Shown here: piece by piece, positions 19,625-28,811 of the stretch
Layout of the letters: each line of letters starts with the position of its first letter
Numbering within the stretch: position 1 is the first letter of the stretch
DNA from: an uncultured Spirochaetota bacterium
GTDB taxonomy: Bacteria > Spirochaetota > Spirochaetia > SZUA-6 > Fen-1364
Direction of reading: 5' to 3'
Length of the DNA: 64,000 bases
Assembly: GCA_963781885.1 (NCBI GenBank)
Contig: CAWAHW010000007.1
Coordinates: 128,001-192,000 of the forward strand
The notes under the pieces: generated by a model
Seen by the model: only the letters and a program-made list of their open reading frames with translations
What the model was told of the DNA's origin: nothing
Database searches by the model: none
Program-made: the position numbers and the translations under genes

Positions 19625-21757
19625 ATGGGCATCGTCTCGACAATCCCCGAGAAGTGCCGGCGCTGCTACGCGTGCGTCCGTGAATGCCCGGTGAAGGCCA
19701 TCAAGGTCATCGCCGGGCAGGCCACGGTCATTGCGGAGCAATGCATTGCCTGCGGCAACTGCGTGAAGGTCTGTACGCAGAAGGCAAAACGCATCGAGGA
19801 CGCCACCCTGCTCGTGACGCGCATGCTGAAGGAGTGCGAGAACACTTTCGCGTGCATCGCCCCCTCCTTCCCTGTCGCTTTTGCGCAGACCAGCCCGGGC
19901 CGGATCGTGAGCGCGCTGCGCCGCCTGGGCTTCGCGAAGGTCTGGGAGGTCGCCTTCGGTGCGGAGCTGGTGAGCCGGGAGTTCGCGCGCCTGGCGCGCG
20001 AGGCGACGCGCAGCGGCAGGGCGGTGGTGAGCACGCCGTGTCCCGCGATCGTTTCCTACGTCCAGAAGTACATGCCGCGGCTCCAGGGATCGCTCGCGCC
20101 CGTCGTCTCCCCGATGATCGCCACCGCGCGCGCCATGCGGGCACGGCACGGGCCGGATATCCGCGTGGTCTTCATCGGCCCCTGCATCGCAAAGAAGGCG
20201 GAGATCAGGGACCCCTTCGTGGCGGGAGCGGTTGACGCGGTCCTCACGTACGAGGAGCTCCTGGCGATGTTCGACGCTGCCGGTATCGACCCCGCGCAGG
20301 AGCCGGAGTCCGAGCTGGACGGTCCCTCGGCATACCTGGGCAGGACCATTCCCATCTCGGGAGGGCTCCTGCGCGCCGCGGGCTTCGACGTGGACATCTT
20401 GCAGAACCACGTGATGGTCACGGAAGGAAAGGACCGGGTCCTGCCGGCGCTGAAGGAGCTTGCTGACGGCAAGAGCAAGGCGCGCGTCCTGGACGTGCTG
20501 TTCTGCGAGGGCTGCATCAACGGGCCGAAGATGACGAACGCCATGAGCGTTTTTGCGCGCAAGGAGATGCTCACGGATCACATCAACGCGCAGAACAGGG
20601 CGATGGCGAGCCGCGACATCCTGGAGACGCTCGCGGACTTCGAAACGACCGATCTCGGCCGCGGTTTCGCGGAGCAGGCGGTGGTGCTGCCGCAGCCCAC
20701 CGAGGACCAGATCCAGGCCACGCTCCGTCTCATGCGGAAGTACGGACCCGCGGACCAGCTCAACTGCGGCTCCTGCGGCTACCCCTCCTGCCGCGACAAG
20801 GCGGTCGCGGTGTGGCAGGGCTTTGCGGAGCCCAGCATGTGCCTGCCATACCTCGTGGAGGAGCTGGAATCCACGCTAGGGGAGCTCCAGAGGTCGCACC
20901 AGGCGACGCAGGACAAGCTCGTGCAGACCGAGAGGCTCGCCTCCATGGGGCAGATCTCCGCGGGCGTCGCCCACGAGATCAACAATCCCCTGTCGACGAT
21001 CCTCCTGTATTCGCACATGCTCCTGAAGGCGCACCGCGAGGGCGACCCGGAATCGGAGGACATCCAGATGATCGTCTCCGAGGCCACCCGGTGCCGTTCC
21101 ATCATGCGGGGGCTCCTGGACTTCGCGCGGCAGTCGCGCGTGGTAAAGGCGCCGACGGACCTTGGCCAGATCATCCGCGGTCTCACGGACACGATGAACA
21201 TGAAGCTCGCCGACGTACCCGGCGGATTTGTCGCCGACGCCCACGGCAATGGCGCCGGCCCCGGCGCACCCCCGGTCACGGTCCGTGCGGAGATCGATCC
21301 GTCGCTGCCCCTGGTGACCGTGGACGGCGAGCAGATCCGGCAGATGATCGTGAATCTCGTGCAGAACGGCGTGGACGCCGTCGCGCAGCGCGTGAATGCC
21401 GAGAAGTCCACCGGCGACAAATCCGCCGGTCTATGCCCCGTCCCGGGCGAGGTGATCGTCTCCGCCGCGCTTTCCACGGCGCGCGACACGGTGCTCCTGC
21501 GCGTGTCCGACAACGGCGTCGGCATGCCCGACGATGTCGCGAAGAACATCTTCACGCCTTTCTACACGACAAAGCAGCTCGGACAGGGCACGGGCATGGG
21601 GTTGTCCATCGTCTACGGGGTGGTGAAAATGCATGCCGGGGAGATCACGGTGGACAGCGCGGTCGGGAAGGGGACGACGTTCCTCGTGCGGATCCCCCTC
21701 GGCGGGAATGCGAAAGAGGCAAGCCATGAACGCGGAACAGACAATCCTGCTGGTTGA
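19625..21757 (+). CDS. Putative sensory [FeFe]-hydrogenase (group C-like) fused to a histidine kinase
   Basis: 2x[4Fe-4S]; variant H-cluster motifs STPCP, GPCIAKKAE, LFCEGCING; CGSCGYPSC FeS domain; AHEINNPL, NLVQNG, DNGVG, GTGMGL. Confidence 0.88.
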   Translation: MGIVSTIPEKCRRCYACVRECPVKAIKVIAGQATVIAEQCIACGNCVKVCTQKAKRIEDATLLVTRMLKECENTFACIAPSFPVAFAQTSPGRIVSALRRLGFAKVWEVAFGAELVSREFARLAREATRSGRAVVSTPCPAIVSYVQKYMPRLQGSLAPVVSPMIATARAMRARHGPDIRVVFIGPCIAKKAEIRDPFVAGAVDAVLTYEELLAMFDAAGIDPAQEPESELDGPSAYLGRTIPISGGLLRAAGFDVDILQNHVMVTEGKDRVLPALKELADGKSKARVLDVLFCEGCINGPKMTNAMSVFARKEMLTDHINAQNRAMASRDILETLADFETTDLGRGFAEQAVVLPQPTEDQIQATLRLMRKYGPADQLNCGSCGYPSCRDKAVAVWQGFAEPSMCLPYLVEELESTLGELQRSHQATQDKLVQTERLASMGQISAGVAHEINNPLSTILLYSHMLLKAHREGDPESEDIQMIVSEATRCRSIMRGLLDFARQSRVVKAPTDLGQIIRGLTDTMNMKLADVPGGFVADAHGNGAGPGAPPVTVRAEIDPSLPLVTVDGEQIRQMIVNLVQNGVDAVAQRVNAEKSTGDKSAGLCPVPGEVIVSAALSTARDTVLLRVSDNGVGMPDDVAKNIFTPFYTTKQLGQGTGMGLSIVYGVVKMHAGEITVDSAVGKGTTFLVRIPLGGNAKEASHERGTDNPAG

Positions 21758-22121
21758 TGACGACGCGGACTTCGTGGAGATGAACCGGGTCCTGCTCGAA
21801 CAGCACGGGTACACCGTGCGCGTGGCGTACAGCGGCAAGCAATGCCTGGATTCGGTGGCGGCGGGCCGGCCCGACATCATCATCCTGGACATGGTCATGG
21901 AGCATCCCAGCGACGGCTTCGACGTCTCGCGGACGCTGCGCAACTCGGAGCACACGAAATGCATCCCGCTCGTCATGATCACCTCCGCGAACGACAGCAT
22001 CCCCTTCCGCCTCGAGCCGGACCGGACGTGGCTGCCGGTGGACGCGCTGCTGGAAAAGCCCGTGGATCCGCAGCTCCTGCTCGCGGTCGTGGACAAGGTG
22101 CTGAAGGGCGGTGCGGGATGA
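21726..22121 (+). CDS. Single-domain response regulator
   Basis: LVDDD, ILDMVM, ITS, EKP. Confidence 0.88.
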   Translation: MNAEQTILLVDDDADFVEMNRVLLEQHGYTVRVAYSGKQCLDSVAAGRPDIIILDMVMEHPSDGFDVSRTLRNSEHTKCIPLVMITSANDSIPFRLEPDRTWLPVDALLEKPVDPQLLLAVVDKVLKGGAG

Positions 22122-22519
22122 CGCCCCTGATTGCGCTCGTGGACGATGACCGGGATTTCCTGGACCTCGAGCGCCGCATCGTGGAAAGCGGCGGCTACCG
22201 CGCCGCCTGCTACTCCGACCCGCATGCCGCCCTGGCCGCGCTGACGGAGGCCGCGGCGGGCGACCGGCCGGCCCTCCTGATCACGGACCTCATGATGAGC
22301 GCGCTGGACGCCGGATTCAGTCTCGCGCGCGCCGTGAAGGCCGATCCGCGCAGCGCCGGCATCCCCGTCATCATCGTCTCCGCGGTCGCCAGCCAGAAGG
22401 GTTTCGACTTCCATCCCCGGTCGGCCGCCGACCTTGCCTCCATGTCGGCCGACGCCTTTTTCGACAAGCCCGTCTCGCCTCCCACCCTCCTTGCACGGGT
22501 GAAAGAGCTCCTGGGGTGA
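22118..22519 (+). CDS. Single-domain response regulator
   Basis: LVDDD, TDLMM, VSA, DKP. Confidence 0.86.
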   Translation: MTPLIALVDDDRDFLDLERRIVESGGYRAACYSDPHAALAALTEAAAGDRPALLITDLMMSALDAGFSLARAVKADPRSAGIPVIIVSAVASQKGFDFHPRSAADLASMSADAFFDKPVSPPTLLARVKELLG

Positions 22520-24069
22520 GCGACCCGGCGTCGTCCCCCGCTCCCGCGTCCACCCCGCGCCCGGAACCCGTCCGCGCCGCGCGCATCCTCGTTGTCGACG
22601 ACGAGCTGGGCGTCCGCGAGGGATGCCGCAAGATACTTGCCGCGGAGGGGTACGAGGTCCTCACCGCGGGTGACGGCAAGGCGGGGCTCGAGCAGCTCGT
22701 CGAGCGCGGACCATTCTCCGTTCTCCTGGTCGACCTGCAGATGCCCCGCATGTCGGGCCTGGAGCTCATGCAGGAGGCGCTTCTTCGGGACCCCGACATC
22801 GTGCCCATCATCATCACCGCGCACGCCACGCTGGACACCGCCGTGGAGGGCACGCGGCAGGGCGCGTACAGCTACATCCCCAAGCCCTTTACGCCGGACG
22901 AGCTCCTCCTTGCCATCAAGAACGGCCTGGAGAAACGCGCCCTGTTGCGGGAGGCGCGGCGGCTGCGGGAGGAGCGGGAAAAGCGCCTCCTCGAGGTGGC
23001 CTCCGAGCGCTCGCGGAGCAACACGATCATCGCCGCGATGACCGATGGCATCATCGTCATCAACCGCGAGAAGCTCGTCGTCCTGCGCAACAATGCCGCG
23101 GCACGCATCCTCCCCGACTGCGCGCAGCTGCCGCTTCCCTTCCCCTTGAGCGGCATCGCGAGCTCCGACGTGCGGGAGATCGTGAACGTGGTCCTCGATT
23201 CCCCCGGGGGCTTCATGATCCTCTCCCGGCAGATTCCGCTGGGCGCATTCACCTATCTGGTGAACGTGAGCCCCGTGATCGAGCCCGGCGGGGAGACCTC
23301 GGGCGCGGTGGCCGTGTTCAGCGACGTCACCGCGCTCGCCAAGCTCGACACGGCGAAATCGATGTTCGTCTCCCTCGTGGCCCACGAGGTCAAGAGCCCG
23401 CTCGCCGCCACGGAGGGCTGGCTCTCCCTGGTGCTGAGCGGCATGCTGAAACAGGACGCGGCCGAGGAGAAGCGCATGATCGAGCGGGCCCTCGTGCGGG
23501 TGCGCACGTTGCGGGCCCTGGTCAACGAGCTCCTCAGCCTCACGGCGATCCAGACCGGCAATTTCGCGCTCACCCGGGCCTCCGTCAACGTGACGGAGAT
23601 ACTCGCCGATGCCGTGGAAGGGCAGAGGGAGAAGGCCGTGGAGCGCGCCATCAGCCTCGAGCTGTCATCCGCCGATGGGCCCGGCGTGCCGCGGGCCGAC
23701 CTGCCGGCCTTCACCGTCCTTGCCGACCGCGACGCGCTTTCCATGATCTTCGTGAACCTGGTGGAGAACGCGGTGAAGTACACGCGGCCGCACGGTCACG
23801 TCTGGGTCACGGTGGGCCGGGCCGACATGTACGTCGTCGTCTCGGTGCGCGACGACGGCATCGGCATGAGCGCGGAAGACTGCGCGAAGGTGTTCGAGGA
23901 GTTCTACCGCGCGCGCAACGAGCAGACGGCCGCCATTCCCGGGACCGGCCTCGGCCTAAGCCTCGTGAAGCGCCTCACCGAGATGCACGAAGGCACCGTG
24001 AGCGTCGTCTCCGAACCGGGCAGGGGAAGCCAGTTCACGGTGAAGCTTCCCGCGCTCGGCCCCGCGTAA
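22516..24069 (+). CDS. Hybrid REC-PAS-histidine kinase
   Basis: VVDDE, DLQMP, PKPF; AHEVKSPL, NLVENAVKY, DDGIG, GTGLGL. Confidence 0.92.
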   Translation: MSDPASSPAPASTPRPEPVRAARILVVDDELGVREGCRKILAAEGYEVLTAGDGKAGLEQLVERGPFSVLLVDLQMPRMSGLELMQEALLRDPDIVPIIITAHATLDTAVEGTRQGAYSYIPKPFTPDELLLAIKNGLEKRALLREARRLREEREKRLLEVASERSRSNTIIAAMTDGIIVINREKLVVLRNNAAARILPDCAQLPLPFPLSGIASSDVREIVNVVLDSPGGFMILSRQIPLGAFTYLVNVSPVIEPGGETSGAVAVFSDVTALAKLDTAKSMFVSLVAHEVKSPLAATEGWLSLVLSGMLKQDAAEEKRMIERALVRVRTLRALVNELLSLTAIQTGNFALTRASVNVTEILADAVEGQREKAVERAISLELSSADGPGVPRADLPAFTVLADRDALSMIFVNLVENAVKYTRPHGHVWVTVGRADMYVVVSVRDDGIGMSAEDCAKVFEEFYRARNEQTAAIPGTGLGLSLVKRLTEMHEGTVSVVSEPGRGSQFTVKLPALGPA

Positions 24070-24094
24070 CCCCGCCTCTTTCGAGTCTCCCGAG

Positions 24095-24122
24095 TTGCAA
24101 TTGTGCGAATCCCTGTTATAGT
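24095..24122 (+). promoter_or_regulatory. Putative sigma-70 promoter
   Basis: TTGCAA-N16-TATAGT with extended TG, about 30 bp before the ATG at 24152. Confidence 0.5.
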
Positions 24123-24151
24123 AGGGCCTTCCAGGAAAAAGGAGAGGCAAG

Positions 24152-26371
24152 ATGAGAAGGGTCTTCGCGGTGGTGGTCTGCGCGTGTGTCGTCGCCCTGT
24201 CGGGGTGCGGCACATTGGGAACAACCGGCAGCGAGCAGGCGTCGGTGAAAGCCGCGAGCGTCGCGGCGCAGTGGGAGTATTTCCCGGACTGGAAGACGCT
24301 CGGATTGAAGCTCGTCGGCACGCCCCCCCGCGACGTGAGCGGTCCCGTCGAGGTCGGCGTGACGACGGACAAGGACGTCTCGCTCGTCGGATACCTCACG
24401 GACCTGTCCACCGGCAAGGAGCTGCCGCAAGGGAGCTACCCGGTCCACGACGGCGCGACCTGGAGGCTTGCCGCGGAGTTCCCGAAGGCCGGACAGTACA
24501 GCTTCACCCTCTTCGGCAAGCTGAAAAGCACGGCAGGCGACACCTACGCCGCCCTTGCACGCGCGAGCTTCGTCGTCACGGGGGACCCTGCGTCCAACTG
24601 GGCGGTCTTCCCCGGATTCACGGCGCACGGGCTCTCCGTCGTCACGGTGCCCCCGCTCGCCGTCAACGACGAGGCGCAGATCGCGCTGTCCACGGGGGAG
24701 GACCTCGAGTTCGGCTGGATCTTCTACGACAAGACGAACGACAGCTATCCCAGCGGGCAGGTCCGTGCGCAGGTGACCGGATCGCGTGTCTCCTTCACCG
24801 TCTCCTTCCCCGAGACGGCCGACTATTCGCTGCAGCTGGAATGCCGGCCGTCGGGCGCCGATGACAACGCCTGGGAATCGATCGCCATGGCGCGCTTCAA
24901 GGCCACGGTGAGCGCTGCGAACATCAAGGTGCCCGATAACTGGAATGTGACCCCCGGCCTGTTCAAAAGGCTCGGGGTCGCCGTCGTCTCCGCGCCCCCG
25001 CGCGCGGTCACGGACCAGGCGGACATCGTCCTGTCCTCCAAGGTGAAAATGTCCCTCGGCTACAACCTCACCAACCATACCACCGGCAAGGACACCCAGG
25101 TCATGAAGGACGTCGTGGAGATCGACCAGCAGGACCTGGAGCAGCACATCACCCTCTTCTTCCCGGATCCCGGCGAGTACGAGCTGTGGCTCTGGGCAAA
25201 GGCGGAAGGCGACAAGGATGATGCGGTGCTTGCACGCGTGAGCTTCACGGCTACGCCGAGCCCCGCGCCGAAGGTGCCCGACAACTGGGAGGTGGCGCCG
25301 CGCTTCAAGACATACGGCCTGTCCGTGCTCTCCTCATCGCCGCGGGAGACAGGGGAGGAGCTCTCCGTCGTCATCGGCGTGCCCGAGGGCTGGGACGGCT
25401 ACGCCTCCCTCCGCAACAAGGAGGGCACGAGCTCTGTTGGCGCCATGGCGTCCGACATCGTCGGCAAGGAACAGCGGATCTCCGCGGTTTTTCCCAGGAG
25501 CGGTGAATACATCCTGTCCATAAGCGGCAAGCTGGGAACCGAGAAATACTCCCGCACTCTTGCGACGGCGACATTCGTCGTGAAGGTGGATGAAAGCCTG
25601 TCGCCCTACCGGCTGTGGCGCGTCAGCGGGAGCTGGCCGCGCGTGCCCGTGTCCAAGGTGCAGCTCGTGCAGGAGCCCTGGGAGCCGTTCGTCGACTACC
25701 CCAGCTTCGATGAATACCGCACGGGCGTCCTCACCGACGCCCTCACCGTCGCCGCGGCGCAGGGAAACGTCTCCTTCGCCAAGGGCACGACGCTCACATT
25801 CGGGCACGACTACGGCAGCGAGTTCGCGGTTGACGCGTTGTCGGGGAATCTCGCCAAGGATGTGACCATCAAGGCGAACGGCACCACGCTCCTCTTTTCC
25901 GCGGGCTCGCCCTTCGTTGTCGCGGAGAAGCAGGCGGTCGGCCAGCTCATCCGGGACACGAAGATCGTCCTGGAAGGAAACACGCTCCTGGCGCCCAAGG
26001 GCAGCCGCATCTCCTACTGGGAATCGGGGATCTCCGAGATCGTGCCGGCCGGCAAGCCGACGTTGACGGTCGGCGCCAAGGTATACGAGGTGAATGGCGG
26101 CGTGCAGCTCGATGCCGGCGCGAAGGAAGGCTCCCCCCTGACGGTGAAGATCAAGACGGCACGGGACTACACGTTGAAGATCGGCACGAACAACAGCTTC
26201 ATCCTGCCGGCGGGCTCGCTGCTCAGCTTCACGAAGCAGGCGGTGACCGATGTCGTGTTCGCCAAGGATGCGAAGGTGACGCTTGCGGGCGCGGCCGATA
26301 CCGTGACGGCGGGTCAGGGGATCAGGTTCGACGACAAGGGAGTGGCGACAAAATACACCGCCGAGGAATGA
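24152..26371 (+). CDS. Lipoprotein with four tandem ~115-aa Ig-like repeats and a beta-rich C-terminal region
   Basis: Lipobox LSGC; repeats W..P.F...GL.V...FP..G.Y.L...K. Confidence 0.8.
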   Translation: MRRVFAVVVCACVVALSGCGTLGTTGSEQASVKAASVAAQWEYFPDWKTLGLKLVGTPPRDVSGPVEVGVTTDKDVSLVGYLTDLSTGKELPQGSYPVHDGATWRLAAEFPKAGQYSFTLFGKLKSTAGDTYAALARASFVVTGDPASNWAVFPGFTAHGLSVVTVPPLAVNDEAQIALSTGEDLEFGWIFYDKTNDSYPSGQVRAQVTGSRVSFTVSFPETADYSLQLECRPSGADDNAWESIAMARFKATVSAANIKVPDNWNVTPGLFKRLGVAVVSAPPRAVTDQADIVLSSKVKMSLGYNLTNHTTGKDTQVMKDVVEIDQQDLEQHITLFFPDPGEYELWLWAKAEGDKDDAVLARVSFTATPSPAPKVPDNWEVAPRFKTYGLSVLSSSPRETGEELSVVIGVPEGWDGYASLRNKEGTSSVGAMASDIVGKEQRISAVFPRSGEYILSISGKLGTEKYSRTLATATFVVKVDESLSPYRLWRVSGSWPRVPVSKVQLVQEPWEPFVDYPSFDEYRTGVLTDALTVAAAQGNVSFAKGTTLTFGHDYGSEFAVDALSGNLAKDVTIKANGTTLLFSAGSPFVVAEKQAVGQLIRDTKIVLEGNTLLAPKGSRISYWESGISEIVPAGKPTLTVGAKVYEVNGGVQLDAGAKEGSPLTVKIKTARDYTLKIGTNNSFILPAGSLLSFTKQAVTDVVFAKDAKVTLAGAADTVTAGQGIRFDDKGVATKYTAEE

Positions 26372-27135
26372 CGCGACCGGCGCGGCGGAGGGCGCTGCTC
26401 TCCGCCGTCGCCTTCCTGTGCGCCCTCTCCGCCGGCGCCGATGACGCCCGGCAGGGCTTCGGAGACCGCTACGCGGATGCCGTGCACTACGTGGAGTCAC
26501 GCGCCGACGTATGGTGCAGCCGTCTGGGCGGCATGGGCGCCGACGCGCGCGTGCTCGTGCCGGCCGTCTTTCCCGAGATCCTCAAGTACACGTCCTTCCG
26601 CGACGACATCGAGACGCTCGGCCTCGCCGTGCTCTACGTGTCGGGGGGGACGGCGCGGGGCAACTTCTCCATCGGCCGCTTCCAGATGAAGCCGTCGTTC
26701 GTGGAGGCCCTGGAGGCACAGGTCGCACGCCGTCCCGATCTTCCCGCGACGCTCCGCGCCATCACGGGCTTTCCGGCCGGCGCGACGGAGAAGGACAGGC
26801 GCACGATCCGCATCGAGCGCATTCGCAGCGAACAGTGGCAGCTCACGTACCTGGGCGCCTTCTATGCCGTGGTGGCTTCCCGCTTCGACCTGGGCGGTCT
26901 TTCCGTCGAGGATCAGGTCAGGTTCGTGGCCGCGGCCTACAACCGCGGGTTCTGGTATTCCGCGGAGGAGATCCGGCGCGCCGAGGGCTTTCGCATCTTC
27001 CCGCATGGCTCCCGGGGCAGCCCCGGGCCCTACCGGTACACCGACATCGCCGTGGACTTCTTCAAGAGCACCTGGGACGCGATATATGCCGCGCGGGCGG
27101 GCGTCTCCGGCGGCGCCGCGCGCGCACGGCCATAG
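26368..27135 (+). CDS. Secreted lysozyme/lytic-transglycosylase-like protein
   Basis: Signal peptide; FPE, SIGRFQMK and AAYNRG resemble SLT motifs I-III. Confidence 0.55.
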   Translation: MTRPARRRALLSAVAFLCALSAGADDARQGFGDRYADAVHYVESRADVWCSRLGGMGADARVLVPAVFPEILKYTSFRDDIETLGLAVLYVSGGTARGNFSIGRFQMKPSFVEALEAQVARRPDLPATLRAITGFPAGATEKDRRTIRIERIRSEQWQLTYLGAFYAVVASRFDLGGLSVEDQVRFVAAAYNRGFWYSAEEIRRAEGFRIFPHGSRGSPGPYRYTDIAVDFFKSTWDAIYAARAGVSGGAARARP

Positions 27136-27224
27136 CACCCGCGCGCACGCCTCAGCAGTTCTGATATGATGTGCCCCCGTCAAGCTCTAAAAGCCTCCTT
27201 TTTTCTTTAGAACTCCTTCTGAAC

Positions 27225-27430
27225 ATCGAGGCCAACCCGAAGAGATGGAGAAGGGCATAACCGACGATCGACCAGTCTGATATGCGTGGATTGGTTACCG
27301 CAGGCCAATGTGATCGTCAGGAGCTTGCCTCCGTCTCATTACCAGGATCAGACCATAGTCTGCCTGCAGAACCGCTCGAGGATTCTCCGTTCGCCACGAA
27401 CCTTCCCCATCCGTCCCGGTTGCCTCGATT
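27225..27430 (-). ncRNA. Predicted bridge RNA (seekRNA) in the IS110 3' non-coding end
   Basis: Nested stems with two large internal loops; loop segments match the insertion site (27368-27376, 27334-27340) and the circle junction (27275-27284). Confidence 0.8.
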
Positions 27431-27445
27431 GCATACGCAGCCTCC

Positions 27446-28540
27446 TCAAGCCACCCGATCAACCATCGCGCCCCACAGGAACCCCGAGAGCTCTCGCGCC
27501 ACCGCCGTCACCACGGTCTGAGAAGCTTTGCCGCGAAAAAGCAGACGCAGAAATTTCTTGTTTAGCCGCCTGCACGCACGGTTGGCATAGCTGACCAAGG
27601 ATGGAGAAAGACCCTCGCGTCGTTTCATCAACCGAGTGCTACTGGGATGGTAGCTGCGGTATTGCCAGGCGGCCTCCACCAGAAGTTTGCGCAGGTGGGA
27701 ATTACCCGCCTTTGTGATTCCTCCCAAGCGCCTCTTGTTTCCGCTGGATCGCTCGGAGGGCACCAACCCCAAAAACGCCATGAATTGATCCGCACCTGCA
27801 AAGCGCCGAAAGTCCCCGATCTCCGAAACAAGCGACAAGGCGATCAGCGTCTCCACGCCCTTGAACGCCTTCAGCTTGGCTACAGGTTCGGCATAGCTTT
27901 TACCTGCCGCGATCTCTTCGATGCCCGCCTTGATCCGCCGACACTTCTCCTCCAGCTCGTCGACTTGGCAGCGGTACTCGGTGAGAGTCAACTGCTCCAG
28001 CGGATCCTCCAACTCAAGAGCCTGCAACCATGCTCGATGCGGCTGCGTCCATGTGGCTCCTTGTTCATAACGTATCCGCCTCCGCAGAAGAAAACCCAGC
28101 ACGCGCTGCTTGGCCTTGCGCAGATCGGACTTCATGTCCTCCAGCATTCGTAGATAGTCGCGAACCGCTTCGTCTTCCCGCGTGGGTACATGAACGGCAC
28201 TCACATCCCCGCTCCGAAGTGCGCGAGCAAGCATCACAGCGTCCCTTCTATCGGTCTTTATGCGATCTCCCGGACGATGTGGAATCTGAGACGGAGCCAG
28301 CACCGCACACGGCACACCCAGTTCCGTCAATTGTCGATACAGGGAATACCCTAGACATCCCGCCTCGTAGCATGTCACCAGGTCCCCCGCGGACTGGAGC
28401 TTCTTGAAATAGGCCTGGATTACGCTCTTTTCATTGCGAATCACCGTCTCGGCCCTCGGCTTCTGATCGCGCCCGCTCAGGATCGCTATGGCGATCTTTT
28501 CTTTGTCGACGTCCATGCCAACGTAATGTACAATACCCAT
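27446..28540 (-). CDS. IS110 DEDD recombinase/transposase
   Basis: VGMDV, YEAG, KTDRRDA (DEDD RuvC-like); EIGDFRRF, GLVPSERSSG (catalytic Ser region), GITKAGN, AVARELS. Confidence 0.96.
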   Translation of the reverse strand: MGIVHYVGMDVDKEKIAIAILSGRDQKPRAETVIRNEKSVIQAYFKKLQSAGDLVTCYEAGCLGYSLYRQLTELGVPCAVLAPSQIPHRPGDRIKTDRRDAVMLARALRSGDVSAVHVPTREDEAVRDYLRMLEDMKSDLRKAKQRVLGFLLRRRIRYEQGATWTQPHRAWLQALELEDPLEQLTLTEYRCQVDELEEKCRRIKAGIEEIAAGKSYAEPVAKLKAFKGVETLIALSLVSEIGDFRRFAGADQFMAFLGLVPSERSSGNKRRLGGITKAGNSHLRKLLVEAAWQYRSYHPSSTRLMKRREGLSPSLVSYANRACRRLNKKFLRLLFRGKASQTVVTAVARELSGFLWGAMVDRVA

Positions 28541-28646
28541 GACTGCCCCCTTGTGCGTTGTTTGTGGCGTGCCGCATCGAGACGCCAATCTCATGATACG
28601 GCCGATCCACGTTGTAGCAACCACCTGGGGGCACTTCATATTGTCT

Positions 28647-28758
28647 CATTTTGGACCATCCTGAGCTTTGGAAAAGGTATGCACACTTTGAAAACGGCCC
28701 TTTCATCATGGGACAAAATGAGAACTGCATCATTCAGTCACCATGCTGAGAATTGCTG
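28647..28758. repeat. Right part of a ~120-bp inverted-repeat (MITE-like) element interrupted by the IS110; left part at 27153-27162
   Basis: Rejoined empty site GCAGTTCTCATTTTG is the exact reverse complement of CAAAATGAGAACTGC (28714-28728); a third related copy TGAGAATTGCTG at 28747-28758. Confidence 0.75.
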
Positions 28759-28811
28759 GGTCCCGCCTGACTCGGCTTGACCGTGGGCGCGAGGATTGGT
28801 AGCGTCCTTCC

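Larger units (their letters stand above)
27163..28646 (-). mobile_element. IS110-family (IS1111-type) insertion sequence, 1484 bp
   Basis: Sub-terminal inverted repeats ATATGATGTGCCCCC (27164-27178) and GGGGGCACTTCATAT (28627-28641), 14/15 match; CT core at both junctions (27161-62, 28645-46); no TSD; short 5' and long 3' non-coding ends. Confidence 0.93.
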
